Source: Ferruginibacter sp.
GTDB taxonomy: Bacteria > Bacteroidota > Bacteroidia > Chitinophagales > Chitinophagaceae
Direction of reading: 5' to 3'
DNA length: 64,000 nucleotides
NCBI GenBank assembly: GCA_039922055.1
Contig: JBDSAP010000065.1
Coordinates: 360-64,359 of the forward strand
In this document: piece after piece, positions 63,738 to 64,000 of the stretch
Layout: the number at the start of each line of letters is the position of its first letter
Position numbering within the stretch: the stretch's first letter is position 1
Made by a program: the position numbers and the translations under genes
The notes under the pieces: model-generated
The model's input: only the letters and a program-made list of their open reading frames with translations
Told to the model about the DNA's origin: nothing
Databases searched by the model: none

Positions 63738-64000
63738 TTAATATTGACCCGTACTTAACAGTACCAATGTGCAAGCTTCCATTGCTTTAATATTGTTGTC
63801 TTTAGCAAGCGAAACCAGTTCGTCATTTTCGGTGCCAGGATTAAAAATGATACGCTTGGGATGTAGCGATAATATATAGTCGTAATACGCTGCCTGGTGG
63901 CCTGGATTTAAATAGAGTGTTACAGTATCTATATTTTCGAAAGGCAATTTTTCTGTTTCAATTACAGTATTTCCTACGCTGCCTTTTTTTCTTCCGATCG
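63738..64000 (-). CDS. CoA-binding domain protein (YccU-like), 5'-truncated by window edge
   Basis: The frame stays open from 64000 (..IGRKKGSVGNTVIETEKLPFENIDTVTLYLNPGHQ...IFNPGTENDEL...ACTLVLLSTGQY). The track start at 63947 is an internal TTG. Confidence 0.7.
   Translation of the reverse strand, partial: IGRKKGSVGNTVIETEKLPFENIDTVTLYLNPGHQAAYYDYILSLHPKRIIFNPGTENDELVSLAKDNNIKAMEACTLVLLSTGQY

Noticed and set aside
1-64000. tRNA, rRNA, tmRNA, transposase, integrase, reverse transcriptase, cas or phage genes
   Set aside because: No T-loop-like GGTTCGAATCC-type motifs or rRNA-like stretches were noticed by eye. None of the long ORFs shows DDE, tyrosine/serine recombinase or RT motifs. This absence is by visual inspection only and should be confirmed with tRNAscan-SE/Infernal.

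Overview
This window looks like a 64-kb chromosomal segment of a Bacteroidota genome, probably Chitinophagia- or Sphingobacteriia-like. The evidence is a SusC/SusD pair, T9SS type-A and type-B C-terminal sorting domains, PorT, lipoprotein and Tat signals, and about 40% GC by eye. I support about 45 CDS, and most of them are on the minus strand.

The left half (about 3.8-33 kb) is one long co-directional glycan-utilisation region. It contains SusC/SusD, two GH78 alpha-L-rhamnosidases, a CRTAC1-like VCBS lipoprotein, a GH140-like and a GH172 (DUF2961)-like enzyme, and a 2-hydroxyacid dehydrogenase. It also holds an unusual exported ADP-ribosylglycohydrolase / GRP sugar permease / exported nucleoside-hydrolase-like trio, followed by two exported Gfo/Idh/MocA oxidoreductases, a ChbG-like deacetylase and an HGSNAT-like membrane acyltransferase.

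The middle (36-41 kb) carries a SAM-methyltransferase followed by a beta-propeller LytS-type histidine kinase and a LytTR response regulator. The right half is mostly housekeeping or accessory singletons: GH12, CAP protein, GMC oxidoreductase, DJ-1, hydrolase, GT32, MsbA-like ABC, MutS-like, dihydroorotase, PorT, UbiE, EngB, M28, cyclophilin. It also has a HigB/HigA toxin-antitoxin pair, a YkuK-like protein and a T9SS metzincin.

I saw no rRNA, tRNA, cas genes, transposase, integrase or reverse transcriptase.

The most unusual content is non-coding. At least six distinct families of short repeats sit in the intergenic gaps:
- a 142-bp element found 3x upstream of exported-protein genes
- a 7-copy GGGGAGG-hairpin REP-like array
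- a 398-bp foldback element with perfect 27-bp inverted termini enclosing a 44-bp tandem array of ATTCGTG heptads
- a dispersed TTTTTCATGGCATCATCGTTGCGTC element
- an array of 6-3-6 palindromes
- four tandem modules of a conserved 27-mer plus a terminator hairpin

All functional calls come from motif recognition by eye. No database search was run.
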